Source of the DNA: Candidatus Poribacteria bacterium | GTDB lineage: Bacteria; Poribacteria; WGA-4E; PCPOR2b | Reading direction: 5' to 3' | DNA length: 64,000 nt | Assembly (NCBI GenBank): GCA_965208675.1 | Contig: OZ242351.1 | Coordinates: 896,001 to 960,000, forward strand | In this document: in pieces, positions 28,260 to 40,205 of the stretch | Layout: each line of letters begins with the position of its first letter | Position numbering within the stretch: position 1 is the first letter of the stretch | Notes under the pieces: generated by a model | What the model was told of the DNA's origin: nothing | Databases searched by the model: none | Seen by the model: the letters and a program-made list of their open reading frames with translations, nothing else | Position numbers and translations under genes: made by a program

Positions 28260-29885
28260 TTAACGCATAGGGTCGCCTTTATGACGATGGCGGAGTGCCT
28301 TCTTGTCGAGTTTTCCCACACTGGTCTTCGGAATTTCATCTACGAATGAAATTTTGTCGGGCAACCAAAATTTTGGGAACTTTGAATCGAGGTGCAAAAC
28401 TAGTTCTTCTTCGGTTACGGCGCCGGCGTCCGAATCCAAAACAACAACTGCAAGCGGCCGCTCAATCCACCGTTCATCGGGTATTGCAATGACTGCGGCT
28501 TCCCTTACCCTGGGGTGATCCAAAAGTGCGTTTTCGATTTCGAGGCTTGAAATCCATTCACCGCCGCTTTTTACTAGGTCTTTCGCACGGTCGACTATCT
28601 GCATGCACCCATCGGGGCTAATCACCGCCACGTCGCCGGTACGAAACCATCCATCCGTAGTGAAGTGCTCTGGACTGGGCTTAACCTTGTAATAGCTATT
28701 GGCAACCCACGGCCCGCGGACTTGCAGTTCGCCCATCGCAACACCATCCCAAGGTAATAATTCGCCTGCCTCGTCCACAATGCGCATCTCGACACCCGCA
28801 AGGGGATAACCCTGCTTTGCTTTGATATCCCATTGCGCAAGTTCTAAGATTGCGCTATGATGGCTCTGCAGATTTAACAGCGTTCCAACGGGTGATGTCT
28901 CTGTCATACCCCATCCTTGCATCACATTGACATGCAACTCTGTCTCGTAGGCTTGAATAAGTGGACGGGGCATAGCGGCGCCTCCTACCGCCAATGTGCG
29001 GATATGTGATGTATCCCTTGGTTTTGTTTTTAGCTCTTCATACAATCCTGACCAGAGCGTCGGCACCCCTGCGGGTACCGAAACCTTTTGGTCCGCGATC
29101 ATTTGTGCCAGATCGGAAGGTTTTAGATATTGTCCAGGCAAAACCATATCCGCTCCGGCAAATGCACAGGCGTATGGCAACCCCCACGCCATAGCATGGT
29201 ACATCGGTACAGCCGGCATGACCACGTCTTGTTCGCTTAAGGCGAATGCGTTTGCGTGGCTAATTCCCATCGTGTGCAGATACACGGATCGGTGGCTGTA
29301 AAGCACACCCTTTGGATTTCCCGTGGTCCCGCTCGTGTAACACAAGCCCATTGCCGCTTTTTCGTCCATGCCGCTCCATTCATAATCCTCGAACGCTTGC
29401 GCCATCAAATCTTCGTAAAAACTGACGTTAGGCAGTTTCGTTTGCACCCCGGAATCGACGTTGAACAAAACATAGTGCTCCACGCAGCCAATCTGATCGG
29501 CGGCCTGCTCGAATACCGGCAACACTGTCGCGTCAATAAACACAACCTTATCCTCCGCATGATTTACGACATAAGCGAGTAGTTCAGGAGATAGGCGGAT
29601 GTTCAACGTGTGACACACTGCGGCGGTGCACGGCACTGCGAAATACAATTCGAGGTGTTGAAAACTGTTCCATCCAAACGTGCCCACCCGGTCGCCCGAT
29701 TCGACGCCTAGAGCGCCCAACACGTTTGCCAGCCGTTTAACGCGTTGATAAAGATCGGCGTATGAATACCGGTGCATAGTGCCGCCGGCTAGCTTTGTGG
29801 TAACCTGCTTGTGGGGATGCATGCGGTAAGCGTGTTCCAAAATACGGTCTATTGTGAGTTGGTAATCCATCATTAGACCTTGCAT
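28260..29885 (-). CDS. Medium/long-chain fatty-acyl-CoA ligase (AlkK/DmdB-like)
   Basis: [42 protein letters not shown]. Confidence 0.92.
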   Translation of the reverse strand: MQGLMMDYQLTIDRILEHAYRMHPHKQVTTKLAGGTMHRYSYADLYQRVKRLANVLGALGVESGDRVGTFGWNSFQHLELYFAVPCTAAVCHTLNIRLSPELLAYVVNHAEDKVVFIDATVLPVFEQAADQIGCVEHYVLFNVDSGVQTKLPNVSFYEDLMAQAFEDYEWSGMDEKAAMGLCYTSGTTGNPKGVLYSHRSVYLHTMGISHANAFALSEQDVVMPAVPMYHAMAWGLPYACAFAGADMVLPGQYLKPSDLAQMIADQKVSVPAGVPTLWSGLYEELKTKPRDTSHIRTLAVGGAAMPRPLIQAYETELHVNVMQGWGMTETSPVGTLLNLQSHHSAILELAQWDIKAKQGYPLAGVEMRIVDEAGELLPWDGVAMGELQVRGPWVANSYYKVKPSPEHFTTDGWFRTGDVAVISPDGCMQIVDRAKDLVKSGGEWISSLEIENALLDHPRVREAAVIAIPDERWIERPLAVVVLDSDAGAVTEEELVLHLDSKFPKFWLPDKISFVDEIPKTSVGKLDKKALRHRHKGDPMR

Positions 29886-30002
29886 TGATATTGCTCCTCA
29901 AACGAGTTAACCTGGTTAGCCGTAGTTCAACAATCAATCCTCGGATTCACCGTTCCGTGCACAGCGTCTTGCACGTGCCCCCCGTCTTCATCGTAATGGA
30001 CG

Positions 30003-33000
30003 CTAAGACAGTTCATTAAGCAGAGCCTTTGCCAGCTTGAGATCTGCAGTATCAAATCCCTCCTCGAACCAGCCGTAAACCTGGCTAAGCATGGTTCGAG
30101 CTTCCTCTTGTCTACCTTGCGTCTGCCACAGGCGGCTCAAACTTACTGCTGCCCGCAACTCTAAAGATTTTGCATTCTGCCGCCGCGCGATTTCGAAAGC
30201 TCGGCGGAAACACACCTCTGCATCTGATACGGCATCGCCTTCCAACAACAACAGTTCTCCTTTGATTCGATACAATTCGGCTTCAAATAAACGTTCGTCA
30301 CTATCGGACACTGCCACTAACGCATCATTCAGTACGGCATGTCCTTCTTTCGGCTTTCCCGCTTTCAAAAACGCTTCTGCCAACAGGGCTTGAAAATATG
30401 GGCGCAATATCTCCGCGCCGGTTGCACGCCAGTCCGCCAGCCCCTGTTGCATTTGTGCAATTCCCGCGGTTTCCATGCCCTGCTCGGATTGCGCCCAACC
30501 CTCGCCAAAGGTTCCTGCAGATGCCCAGAGCGTAAATCCTTGTTCAGTTGAAATCTTTTTCACGGCTTCCGCCTGCGCTTCGGCAGCTTCCACTTCACGC
30601 CGGCACTGATGGACCATTCCAGCGAAATACAACGCAACCGCCATGCTGAATGGGTGGTCAATTGATTTAGCAAGGACTAACACCTCATGAATTCTCCTAA
30701 AGGCCTGGTCCGGATAGCCGAGAACCCACAGTACCGCTCCTGAATAGGATAGACATGTGAGACGGGCATCCGCCAAATAATGGAAGAAAGTACGGGAACG
30801 GTGCTGTTGCGAGTCATAAAGTTTAATGCCCTTCTCTAAGTGTTCCTCAGAGGCAACCAAGTCTCCAAGATAACACAAAGTTGCCCCTAACGCCCGATAT
30901 GCTTCCAAAAGCAAAGCCCGGTCTTCAGTATGTTTAGCCAGATTTAGCAGTTGCTCTCCCAGCTCGCGCGCCGCCTGTAACTCCGCCCTTACCAAATGCG
31001 CCAACCACAGCCCGAACAGCACTGGGAAAAGTTGAGGAGTTTCACCCAACTCGTGGCAGAGCTCGCGTGCGCGAGTGTAAGCGTCTACCACTTCTGAAGC
31101 TGCATATCCTCTAGTGGCTATTAACGCCGGACCAAGGGTGGTTTGCAATTTGAGTTCATGCTGGGATTTTGCGGGACTATCCGGAAGGGCATTTAACAAC
31201 TCTAATCCTCTGGATACGTGACGAATTGCTTCTACGTTGGCTGACCGTTCAATGGCTCTCTGGCCTGCCCGCTGCCAATAGACTAACGCGTCATTGTCGA
31301 GGCTTGCTTCAGTGTAATGGTGAGCTAATACGCCAGGCTGAGTTTCGGCAACCTCCGGAAATTGCTCCGCCAGAACCTGTGCAATTTGCCGATGGTACTG
31401 CCCCCTTGCACTTTTGAGCAGTGAGTGATAAGCAGCCTCTCGAATAAGGGGGTGCTTGAAAAAATACAATCCCGATTGGTTGTGTTGCTGGTAACCGAGA
31501 AGCCCAGCGTCAACTAACCGAGATAATTCTTTGTGCAGCGTCTTATCGTCAAGCGGCGAGACCGCGCCGAGTACCTCGTCGGAAAACTGGCTTCCCATAA
31601 CAGCGCCTAGTTGCGCTAACTCTTTGGCTGTGCCGAGCTGATCTAACCGGGCGGTCAGCGAATCTTGCAGCGTCGTAGGAATTGCCAGCGACAAAAGCGG
31701 CTGCGTTAATTCATAACCCCCGTCCCGTTCCTGGAGGAGACCCGAATCTAAAACCATCTTGGTCAATTCTTCCACAAACAGAGGCACGCCATCCGTCTTC
31801 GAAACAATCTGTTTCATCACTTCGGACGGCAGCAATTTGCTCTTTGTGACGTGTTCAACCATGATTGCTACCTGTTTCCGAGTTAAGCGGTTTAGCGTAA
31901 TTGGTGTAACATACGGGCATGAAAGCCACGGCGGGCTAAAATCCGGGCGAAACGTCAGTAAGGTAAGCAGATTGGGAGTCGAACCTCGATCGACAATGAG
32001 GTCGAGCAGTTCTAGCGTGGATGGATCAGCCCAGTGCAGGTCCTCTACAATGAGCAAAACAGGCTGCCGGTTTGCCTGTCCTAGAAAAATCTCAAGCACG
32101 GCTTCAAGCGTTTTTTGCCGCTGTTGCTGGGGGGTAAGAAATTGAGGCGGGTACCGGCCATCATCATATGGTATAGAGAGGAAAGAAGCAAACAGAGGAA
32201 CGTTCTCTTCAACGGAGAGTTTTGAAAATGCAAGGAAATCTGTTAGTTTTGACAACTTTTTTCGCGGCGAATCCCCACGGTCAAACCCCAACACCGCACG
32301 CTGGAACATGTCAATAATTGGGTAAAGGGCGCTGTTCTGATGGTATGGCGAACAGCGGCACTCAATTATCGGTGAATTCTCCCACCATGCATCCGAAATG
32401 TCGTTTGGACGTTTCTCAGCGGATGTTCTACTTTTAACGTGCTCTTTTAGCATCTGCACCATCCGCGATTTGCCTATACCGGGTTCGCCGTTAAGTAGCA
32501 CGACCTGCCCCGCGCCCTCTACACTCTGCTCCCAACGCTCCAGCAAAAGGCCGACGACCTGCTCGCGGCCTACCAGCGGCGTTAGTCCGGTAGCTGCCGC
32601 CACATCAATGCGATTGCGAGCTTCACTCGCAATAACTTGATACACGCGAATCGGGTAGGATATTCCTTTGAGCGTTCGAGCGCCCAACGCTCGACATTCG
32701 AAGAATCCCGCAATGAGTCTGTAAGTTGCTGCGCTAACCACTACGGTATGCGGTTCCGCAAGTTCCTGTAAACGCCCGGCGATGTTTGGGGTTTCACCTA
32801 CGATTGCCATCAATTCCAACTCGCCGCTTTTGCCCATGTCTCCCGCTACCACCAACCCTGTGTGAATTCCAATGCGAACCTCCAACCGTAGTTCATTTTC
32901 CTGTTGAAGGCGTGCATTCAAATTCTCCATTCCCTCAATGATCGCCAATCCCGCGCGCACCGCACGCTGGGCGTTGTCCTCGTGAGCATGGGGGTAACCG

Positions 33001-33332
33001 AAGTAGACTAGGAGCCCGTCACCGAAATAACGGGCGATATGCCCCTCGAAGCGCCTGATGGCTCTTGCACATACCGCTTGGTAGTCGCCGAGGACATCGC
33101 GTAACTCTTCAGGGTCGAGTCTCTCGGAGAGTGAGGTTGAGCCAGCCAGATCGCAGAACATTACTGTCAACTGGCGACGGTCCGCTTCAGGAATTTCACG
33201 CGGACTCGAGGCGGTTTTGGCGGACGTTTCGGCAGGCGGCGCAGGTGCCGCGCGAGAATTGAGTTTCGTGCCGCAATTCATGCAGAATTGGGCTTCTTTG
33301 GGGTTGGCATGTTCACAAATCTGGCATCGCAT
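30003..33332 (-). CDS. Zinc ribbon + class III nucleotidyl cyclase + P-loop ATPase + TPR signalling protein
   Basis: CxxC..CxxC N-terminus; MFCDLAGST, GDG, NIAGRLQ; GEPGIGKS; VEDLHWAD; C-terminal FEEGFDTADL. Confidence 0.9.
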   Translation of the reverse strand: MRCQICEHANPKEAQFCMNCGTKLNSRAAPAPPAETSAKTASSPREIPEADRRQLTVMFCDLAGSTSLSERLDPEELRDVLGDYQAVCARAIRRFEGHIARYFGDGLLVYFGYPHAHEDNAQRAVRAGLAIIEGMENLNARLQQENELRLEVRIGIHTGLVVAGDMGKSGELELMAIVGETPNIAGRLQELAEPHTVVVSAATYRLIAGFFECRALGARTLKGISYPIRVYQVIASEARNRIDVAAATGLTPLVGREQVVGLLLERWEQSVEGAGQVVLLNGEPGIGKSRMVQMLKEHVKSRTSAEKRPNDISDAWWENSPIIECRCSPYHQNSALYPIIDMFQRAVLGFDRGDSPRKKLSKLTDFLAFSKLSVEENVPLFASFLSIPYDDGRYPPQFLTPQQQRQKTLEAVLEIFLGQANRQPVLLIVEDLHWADPSTLELLDLIVDRGSTPNLLTLLTFRPDFSPPWLSCPYVTPITLNRLTRKQVAIMVEHVTKSKLLPSEVMKQIVSKTDGVPLFVEELTKMVLDSGLLQERDGGYELTQPLLSLAIPTTLQDSLTARLDQLGTAKELAQLGAVMGSQFSDEVLGAVSPLDDKTLHKELSRLVDAGLLGYQQHNQSGLYFFKHPLIREAAYHSLLKSARGQYHRQIAQVLAEQFPEVAETQPGVLAHHYTEASLDNDALVYWQRAGQRAIERSANVEAIRHVSRGLELLNALPDSPAKSQHELKLQTTLGPALIATRGYAASEVVDAYTRARELCHELGETPQLFPVLFGLWLAHLVRAELQAARELGEQLLNLAKHTEDRALLLEAYRALGATLCYLGDLVASEEHLEKGIKLYDSQQHRSRTFFHYLADARLTCLSYSGAVLWVLGYPDQAFRRIHEVLVLAKSIDHPFSMAVALYFAGMVHQCRREVEAAEAQAEAVKKISTEQGFTLWASAGTFGEGWAQSEQGMETAGIAQMQQGLADWRATGAEILRPYFQALLAEAFLKAGKPKEGHAVLNDALVAVSDSDERLFEAELYRIKGELLLLEGDAVSDAEVCFRRAFEIARRQNAKSLELRAAVSLSRLWQTQGRQEEARTMLSQVYGWFEEGFDTADLKLAKALLNELS

Positions 33333-33389
33333 ACGCTAAACTCCAATAAGGGCAAGATGCTCAACTCTAATACACAATGAATTGTGCGT

Positions 33390-34826
33390 TTACCACCACC
33401 CGAGAAACTTCCACCACATCATGCCGACGCTCAACCAGATTGCTAAATGAAAGACAGACACCAAGAATCCGACACCGAACCATTTCGGCTGGGGTACGTA
33501 TCCGAGTCCAAAATAGATAATTAAGGGTCCGGTGGAATAATTTGTCACGCATCCGCACAAATTAGAAAAGTAAGCCAGTATCGCAACGGTTAGCATCGCA
33601 GGCGCACCAACTCCTAACGCTACCGCGAAAAAAGCGGCAACCATTGCAGCGATATGCGCGGTCAACATGGAAAAAAAGTACATTGAATAAAAGTAAATCA
33701 GTGCGAGGCTGATAATGATGGCTATACCGCTTAGGTCTTCAACCAAAAACTTCATGTTGCTTGCAAACCAATCGATGAATTCATAGGTCTTGAGACTGTT
33801 CGCCATAGTTAATAAGCCGCCCAGCCAGATTAGCGTATCCCATGCCTTGTCATTCCCCGTGATATCCTCCCAACTCTCGGTACGCGTTAAAAGCAATAGA
33901 CTGACGCCTATCCAAGCCACAAGCGTCGTGCTCATGCCGTGCAGGGCTTTTGTCGTCCACATGCCCAAGAGTATGATGAAGACCGCGCACATCACCTTTT
34001 CGCCAGATGACCACGGCCCCATCCTACGGAGTTCGTCTTGCGCCGTTTCTTGGGCGGCGTGCGTGTCCTTTAGTGTCGGTTTTGCGAGAAAATAGATTAC
34101 AATCGGGAGTAAACTTAATCCTACGAGTCCCGGAACGATTGCGCCGAGCGCCCATGTACCCCAACCGAAGTCAATTGCAAACACATCGCTTGCGGCCTTT
34201 TTGACGAGAGGATTCGCAGCCATTCCCGTCAGGAACATTGCCGCGGCGATAAGATTGGCATGGGCGCCGACCAGTGTCAAATACTCCCCAGCACGTTTGG
34301 GTTCTTTTTCCGGACGGGAATCTAGGGCTTCCGCTAAAGAACGCATAATCGGCGCCAATACTCCGCCGCCGCGAGCGGTGTTTGAGGGAACGAACGGCCC
34401 AAGCAGCAACTCCGCGCCGCACAAAGAATAGCCTAATCCCAAGATTGATTTTCCCAGCCAACTTACGAGCGTCAAAGCCAATCGGCGGCCAAAACCGGTG
34501 CGCACAACGCCGCCGGCAATCAGGAATGCGGCGACGACTAACCAAACTGTGCTGTCCGCATATCCTGCAAGTGCTTCGGATACCGTTAGCGTCTTGGTCG
34601 CCATCAGCACAACCAGTCCAAATAAGACCATCGGCCCATTTGGAAAGGGACGCAAAATGAAACCGACAATCACCGTGATAAACACGGCAAAGATTTTCCA
34701 ACCTTTCAAGTATAGTTCGCTTGGGTCAACCTCACGCGGCGCCGGAACCACCCACCACAGTATGAGCAGAAGGAGAACGCAGCCGCCAAGGCTTACGATA
34801 GGATGCTTCAGTATGTTGACTGGCAA
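33390..34826 (-). CDS. DASS-family di/tricarboxylate (anion) transporter
   Basis: PSNTARGGG, FLTGMAANP, WDTLIW, WWKFLGWW; GGAGG RBS before TTG 34826. Confidence 0.9.
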   Translation of the reverse strand: MPVNILKHPIVSLGGCVLLLLILWWVVPAPREVDPSELYLKGWKIFAVFITVIVGFILRPFPNGPMVLFGLVVLMATKTLTVSEALAGYADSTVWLVVAAFLIAGGVVRTGFGRRLALTLVSWLGKSILGLGYSLCGAELLLGPFVPSNTARGGGVLAPIMRSLAEALDSRPEKEPKRAGEYLTLVGAHANLIAAAMFLTGMAANPLVKKAASDVFAIDFGWGTWALGAIVPGLVGLSLLPIVIYFLAKPTLKDTHAAQETAQDELRRMGPWSSGEKVMCAVFIILLGMWTTKALHGMSTTLVAWIGVSLLLLTRTESWEDITGNDKAWDTLIWLGGLLTMANSLKTYEFIDWFASNMKFLVEDLSGIAIIISLALIYFYSMYFFSMLTAHIAAMVAAFFAVALGVGAPAMLTVAILAYFSNLCGCVTNYSTGPLIIYFGLGYVPQPKWFGVGFLVSVFHLAIWLSVGMMWWKFLGWW

Positions 34827-34869
34827 AGACCCATTCCTCCGATTTATGTGCAGCGGAAAAACATCTGCA

Positions 34870-36045
34870 TTACAGGCATTCAAAAATTCCTGCCGCGCCC
34901 ATTCCGCCGCCGATGCACATCGTGACCATGCCGTAGCGTGCATTCCGCCGGCGCATTTCGTTAATTAGCGTGATTGATAGCTTTGTACCAGTGCATCCAA
35001 GCGGGTGTCCCAGCGCAATGGCGTTGCCATTGACGTTGACTTTATCGATTGGAAGATTGAGTTCGTTGATTACCGCAAGCGCCTGTACCGCAAACGCTTC
35101 GTTCAGTTCAATCAGATCGATGTCGTCGAGCGTCAGCCCTGTGAATTTCAACGCTTTTGGAACAGCCGCAACCGGTCCAATTCCCATGATTTCTGGCGGG
35201 ACACCCGCAGTGGCATAACCAACAAACCGAGCAATCGGTTCGCATCCGAGTTCCGCGGCTTTCTCCGCAGACATAAGCACGACCGCCGCCGCACCGTCGC
35301 TCATCTGGGATGAGTTTCCGGCGGTGACACTGCCGTCCTCGCGAAATACAGGTTTGAGTTTTGCCAATGCCTGAATGGATGTATCTCGCCGAACGCCTTC
35401 GTCAACGGTGAATTCAAAGGTCCGCGTTTCTTGCACGCCGTTTTCATTCGCATGTGTTTCTGTCACGGAGACCGGTAGGATTTCATCCTGGAACTTGCCT
35501 GCATCGATTGCATCAGCCGCTTTCTGGTGGCTGGACATCGCGAACGCGTCCTGAGTTTCACGCGAGATACTGTATTTGCGTACTAGATTCTCGGCAGTCA
35601 GGCCCATACTCAAATATACATCGGGATAGTGCTCAACCAAGTATGGGTTCGGTGCCGACGTGATGTCGTAAGGAACGAAACTCATGCTTTCCGTTCCTCC
35701 AGCTACCACTACGTCAGCGAACCCGCACATAATACGTTCCGCCCCCATGGCAATCGTCTGCAAACCTGAAGCACAAAAACGGTTCACGGTCATTGCAGGA
35801 ACAGAAACCGGTATACCCGCACGTACGCAGGCAATTCGCGCGACATTCACCCCCTGCGGGCCTTCGGGCATGGCGCAGCCAATAATTACGTCGTCGATTT
35901 CTTCGGCATCAAGGTTCGGCACCCGATTGATAGCTTCTTTAATAACAAATGCAGCGAGATCGTCTGGGCGCGTATCTTTTAGCGAGCCGCGGTTTGCTTT
36001 TCCAACAGCCGTACGTACCCCCGCTGCAATAACTGCTGAATTCAT
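34870..36045 (-). CDS. fadA: Acetyl-CoA C-acyltransferase (thiolase)
   Basis: NRFCASG, ELNEAFA, GHPLG, MCIGGG. Confidence 0.9.
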   Translation of the reverse strand: MNSAVIAAGVRTAVGKANRGSLKDTRPDDLAAFVIKEAINRVPNLDAEEIDDVIIGCAMPEGPQGVNVARIACVRAGIPVSVPAMTVNRFCASGLQTIAMGAERIMCGFADVVVAGGTESMSFVPYDITSAPNPYLVEHYPDVYLSMGLTAENLVRKYSISRETQDAFAMSSHQKAADAIDAGKFQDEILPVSVTETHANENGVQETRTFEFTVDEGVRRDTSIQALAKLKPVFREDGSVTAGNSSQMSDGAAAVVLMSAEKAAELGCEPIARFVGYATAGVPPEIMGIGPVAAVPKALKFTGLTLDDIDLIELNEAFAVQALAVINELNLPIDKVNVNGNAIALGHPLGCTGTKLSITLINEMRRRNARYGMVTMCIGGGMGAAGIFECL

Positions 36046-36225
36046 TCATTCACTCCTAAACGTCGTTTTGGAATCGGAAAAGATATTTGAATCGCTCGGA
36101 AAACAACAATGTTTTAAACCTCTGAATCTTCATCTTTCCATCTGCACATGATGCTAATTTGGTTTGTTATTCATCGCCAACAACCAGTTACGCTCACTAT
36201 GCAGAACTCTCGTGTATTTTTTGTC

Positions 36226-38661
36226 TCAATTGCGAAGCGGCTTCCCTGTCTTTAAGGTAAACTCAATCCGATTCTGTGTCTTCTCCTCCCCGCACAGGCT
36301 AATAAACGCCTCTCGCTCAAGGTCGAGTATGTACGACTCGGAAACACGCTGCGGCGATGTAAGTTCACCGCCGCACAAAACGTAGGCGAGTTTGTTCAGG
36401 ACAGCGGCGTCATGCTCGCTGATATAATCAGCGCTACGCATCTGATGAATCTCCAGCTTGAGTTGCGCGAGTCCGTTACTTCCCGGCACCAACATCTCTC
36501 GCGGCTGCGGTTGGTGGTAGCCCTTCGCGGCGATTGAATGCACCATCTCTTTTGCATCGTAGAGATGGCGCCTGCGGTTTATTGAAATGTAATCCGTATT
36601 GCGAAGATACCCTAGCTGCCTCGCGTGTTGGCCGCTCTCGGACACGCTTGAGCGGGAAATCGTCTCAAAAGCACGCTTGAGGTACGGTAATCCCTCCACG
36701 CCGGAATCAATTGGCAGATTATCTTGGCAACGGAGAATCATCTCCTTTGTGCCGCCCGCACCCGGGATGAGTCCGACACGCACCTCGACCAAACCCATAT
36801 AAGTTTCTGCAGCGGCGCAGACCGCATCCGAATTGAGAACAACCTCACACCCGCCGCCGTACGTCATTCCCGATGGGGCGGATACGACGGGTTTCGGCGA
36901 ACTCCGCAGCGACATATTCGCCGTCTGGAAATTCAGGAGGATTTCGTCAATTGCGTCCCAATATTTGTTCCTCGCCTTTTCAAGCACCAAGACAAGGTTT
37001 AACCCCACCGAAAAGTTGTCACTGTGGTTGCCGATGACGAGTCCGACAAAGTTCCGATCGACCTCGTCGAGGGCGTTTAGCATCATCTCAAGCGTGGAAG
37101 TATTGATAATATTCATCTTGCTGTGGAACTCAAGGCAAGCTACGCCATCCCCAATATCAATTAGGCTGGCATCAGCATTGGATTGCACTGTCTTGCCGTC
37201 TGATCGGAGGTCCGAGAGAACGATGTCCTCTGAAGGAGTGTCGGTCTCTTGATAACTATTCGACCCGAGATCGAAATAAGCGCTCTTGGCGTGCGAATCT
37301 CCCGGATTGACCGCCCTGTAAAAGGACGTGTACCCCGAATCCAACAGATTGGCGGCGAGCGGCGGAATTAAACCGCCCTCGGACTGCATTCGTTCAACGG
37401 ATTCCGGCACGCCGATTGCATCCCAAATCTCAAACACGCCAAGCTCCCAATTGAAACCCCATTTCATGGCTTTGTCGACGCTCGCCAAATCATCCGAGAT
37501 TTCGGGGATACACGACGCAGCATAGCGCATTAAGTTACTCAGACTTTTCCACACTAACTGCCCTTCCCGGCTGTCGTTGTCCGTAAGTTCCTTGATTCGC
37601 GCTGCGGCATCCCTAATTCGCTTTATTGAGTCGAGCGTGCGAGATTGCATACTTTCACGAGGTACATATTCAAGTGTATTGTAGTTCAACGTCAAGATCT
37701 CACTGCCTTTTTCACCGGGACTTTTATGATAAAACCCTCGCCCTGTTTTGTCACCAAGCCAATTCCTCTCGATCATCTGCAAAACGAAATCCGGCACATG
37801 AAAAACCTCACGCCGTTCATCGTCAGGCAACGCTGTGTTAAGATTTTTTGCCATATCCACAAGAATATCAATCCCAATGAGATCGCCCAGCCGGAAGGTG
37901 GCGCTTCGCGGCCGCCCAATTAGAGGCCCTGTAATCGCATCGACCTCATCAATGGTATAATCCTCTTGAAGCATCAAATGGATAGTGTGCATCATTGCAA
38001 AGGTGCCAATCCGGTTGGCGATGAAGTTGGGCGTATCCTTGCAACGCACAATCCCTTTTCCGAGTATCCGTTCTCCGAAATCGGCGGCAAAATCAACCAG
38101 ATTCGCTCGAGTCTTCGCTGTTGGAATAATTTCAAGCAGGTGCATGTACCGCGGCGGGTTAAAGAAATGTGTGCCTAAAAAGCACTCCTGAAAGGTTGCA
38201 GAGCGCCCTTCGGAAAGGGCTTTGATGGAGATGCCAGATGTGTTAGAACTTACGAGCGTGCCGCGTCTACGGTGCCGGTCGATTAATTCGTGAACCTGTT
38301 TTTTTACCTGCAAATTTTCGGTGACTGCCTCAACAATCCAGTCCGCCTCAGCCAACCGGTCGGCGTGGTCGCTAAGGTTTCCCGCCCGAATCAACCGCGC
38401 CGCGTCGCGAACATAGAGCGGTGAACGGGTTTTCGCGTTTTTCATCCGATCCAGTGCAGACGCCGCGATTCGATTCCGCTCAACAGAGCCGCCGAAATTT
38501 TCATCCTTCATGCCGCCTTCGCTCGCGACGCCAGTGGGAACAACGTCCAACAAGTCGCACGGGATACCAACGTTGGCGAAATGGGCGGCAATCTGTGACC
38601 CCATCGTTCCGGCACCTAATACTGCAACTCTTTTTATTTTGCGATATAATTCTACGTGCAA
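36226..38661 (-). CDS. 3-hydroxyacyl-CoA dehydrogenase/enoyl-CoA hydratase (FadN-type)
   Basis: GAGTMG, SNTSG, HFFNPPRYM, DTPNFIANRIG, GGGCE, TGKPLRN. Confidence 0.92.
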   Translation of the reverse strand: MHVELYRKIKRVAVLGAGTMGSQIAAHFANVGIPCDLLDVVPTGVASEGGMKDENFGGSVERNRIAASALDRMKNAKTRSPLYVRDAARLIRAGNLSDHADRLAEADWIVEAVTENLQVKKQVHELIDRHRRRGTLVSSNTSGISIKALSEGRSATFQECFLGTHFFNPPRYMHLLEIIPTAKTRANLVDFAADFGERILGKGIVRCKDTPNFIANRIGTFAMMHTIHLMLQEDYTIDEVDAITGPLIGRPRSATFRLGDLIGIDILVDMAKNLNTALPDDERREVFHVPDFVLQMIERNWLGDKTGRGFYHKSPGEKGSEILTLNYNTLEYVPRESMQSRTLDSIKRIRDAAARIKELTDNDSREGQLVWKSLSNLMRYAASCIPEISDDLASVDKAMKWGFNWELGVFEIWDAIGVPESVERMQSEGGLIPPLAANLLDSGYTSFYRAVNPGDSHAKSAYFDLGSNSYQETDTPSEDIVLSDLRSDGKTVQSNADASLIDIGDGVACLEFHSKMNIINTSTLEMMLNALDEVDRNFVGLVIGNHSDNFSVGLNLVLVLEKARNKYWDAIDEILLNFQTANMSLRSSPKPVVSAPSGMTYGGGCEVVLNSDAVCAAAETYMGLVEVRVGLIPGAGGTKEMILRCQDNLPIDSGVEGLPYLKRAFETISRSSVSESGQHARQLGYLRNTDYISINRRRHLYDAKEMVHSIAAKGYHQPQPREMLVPGSNGLAQLKLEIHQMRSADYISEHDAAVLNKLAYVLCGGELTSPQRVSESYILDLEREAFISLCGEEKTQNRIEFTLKTGKPLRN

Positions 38662-38672
38662 TTTATTCGCCT

Positions 38673-40205
38673 CTACATAGAATCCTCAATACTATCTCTA
38701 CTGAATCGGGTGAGTGCATCGCCCATTTTGTCTTGTAGGGCCCGGCGTAAATTTGCAGAACCTTTGAAATTACTCATCAGGACGGCAAACGCCAGAATTT
38801 CGCCGTCTGCAGTCATAGTATAACCAGCGAGTGTCGAAACGCCTCTCATCGTACCCGTTTTCGCACGTAAGATGCCGCCTGCTCTCATGTCGTTCATCCG
38901 CCGTTTTAACGTCCCATCAACGCCCGCAATAGGCAGCGATGCAAGATAGTCGGGCATCATTGCAAAATTACTGAACATATAAGATAACAGATTCGTCAAG
39001 GCCGAAGCCGTGACTAGATTGTATCGGGAAACGCCCGACCCGTCAGCTAAGGTGTACCGTGAATTGTCCAACCCAATCTCGCTCAAAAACTCGCCGATAG
39101 CGACAATCCCTTTTTGCGCTGTACCGGGTGCGCCCTTTAACTCCGCGCCAACCGTTTTTAGGATGAGTTCCGCTGTTAAATTATCGCTAGATTTGTTCAT
39201 CCCCCAGAGAATGCGAGATAGCGGCACTGATTCATGGTTGGCGATTTTCAACGCCCTTTCGGGAACAACACCGTGACGTACCCTCCCCCGAAACATGATG
39301 CCTTTCTGCGCAAGCATCTCCTTCAATAGCGTCCCGCAATAAAGCGCGGGATCGACGACATCCACCTGTCGATTGACGTCAGCTTGTCCAATTTCCATTG
39401 ATCCGCGGATGGTCAACACATTTGCCTCCACCGGCTTCCACTGTCGTTTAATGCTCAATCTTGTGGCGTCTGAAGCGGTGACGGTCGCCGCCTCATTGAC
39501 AATTTTCATGTATCGCGTGGGCGGTTCAAGATGCACGTCAACGGGATCGTCTATATTGCGGCCCGGCGACACGCGGACGCGAACGCCGTTGTGATTGATG
39601 GTTAACGCGCTAAAATGCGAGTAATATCCGCCTAGGGGGCCGTCGTCCCACATCCACCCTTTCCCCCGCCGGATATCGTCGAAATAAGACTCATCCACAA
39701 CAATATCGCCGTCTACAGATTTAACACCCATCGCGGTCAGCTTTTCAGTAAATTCTTCCAGATCGCCGCTCTCGAACCTTGGGTCGCCCCGACCTTTGAG
39801 GTAAAGATTCCCCATGACGTTACCATCTTCGACACCATCCGCAAACAGGTTAGTGTGGAAACGATAGTTTGGCCCCAGTTTGGCGAGCGCCGCCGCAGCG
39901 GTAATCAATTTCATCGTCGAAGCCGGATGATACAGTTTATCGGCATCATTTTCATAAATTACTCTGCCGTTCGACAACGATACGACTTTAACCCCGACAT
40001 TTGAAGCGGCGAGCAGCGGGTCGCCCAAAATCGTTTCAATTTCACTCGCTAATACATGGGTCGGTTCAATCGGTGTTGGTGAGGAAACCGTCGCGCAACC
40101 GATGAGAACAACCAATAAACACAACAAAAACAGCGGCATATAGGTGGTGCCGGTGCCCGTTCGTTTCTTAAAGGTGACTCCCTTTATCCGGAGAATTTTA
40201 AACAT
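38673..40205 (-). CDS. dacB: D-Ala-D-Ala carboxypeptidase/endopeptidase PBP4 (start uncertain)
   Basis: PASTMK (SxxK), SDN, DGSGVSR, AKTGT; lipobox-like LIGC. Confidence 0.92.
   Translation of the reverse strand: MFKILRIKGVTFKKRTGTGTTYMPLFLLCLLVVLIGCATVSSPTPIEPTHVLASEIETILGDPLLAASNVGVKVVSLSNGRVIYENDADKLYHPASTMKLITAAAALAKLGPNYRFHTNLFADGVEDGNVMGNLYLKGRGDPRFESGDLEEFTEKLTAMGVKSVDGDIVVDESYFDDIRRGKGWMWDDGPLGGYYSHFSALTINHNGVRVRVSPGRNIDDPVDVHLEPPTRYMKIVNEAATVTASDATRLSIKRQWKPVEANVLTIRGSMEIGQADVNRQVDVVDPALYCGTLLKEMLAQKGIMFRGRVRHGVVPERALKIANHESVPLSRILWGMNKSSDNLTAELILKTVGAELKGAPGTAQKGIVAIGEFLSEIGLDNSRYTLADGSGVSRYNLVTASALTNLLSYMFSNFAMMPDYLASLPIAGVDGTLKRRMNDMRAGGILRAKTGTMRGVSTLAGYTMTADGEILAFAVLMSNFKGSANLRRALQDKMGDALTRFSRDSIEDSM

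Noticed and set aside
34827-34943. N-terminal extension of the DASS transporter
   Set aside because: Overlaps the thiolase gene; strong RBS precedes TTG 34826
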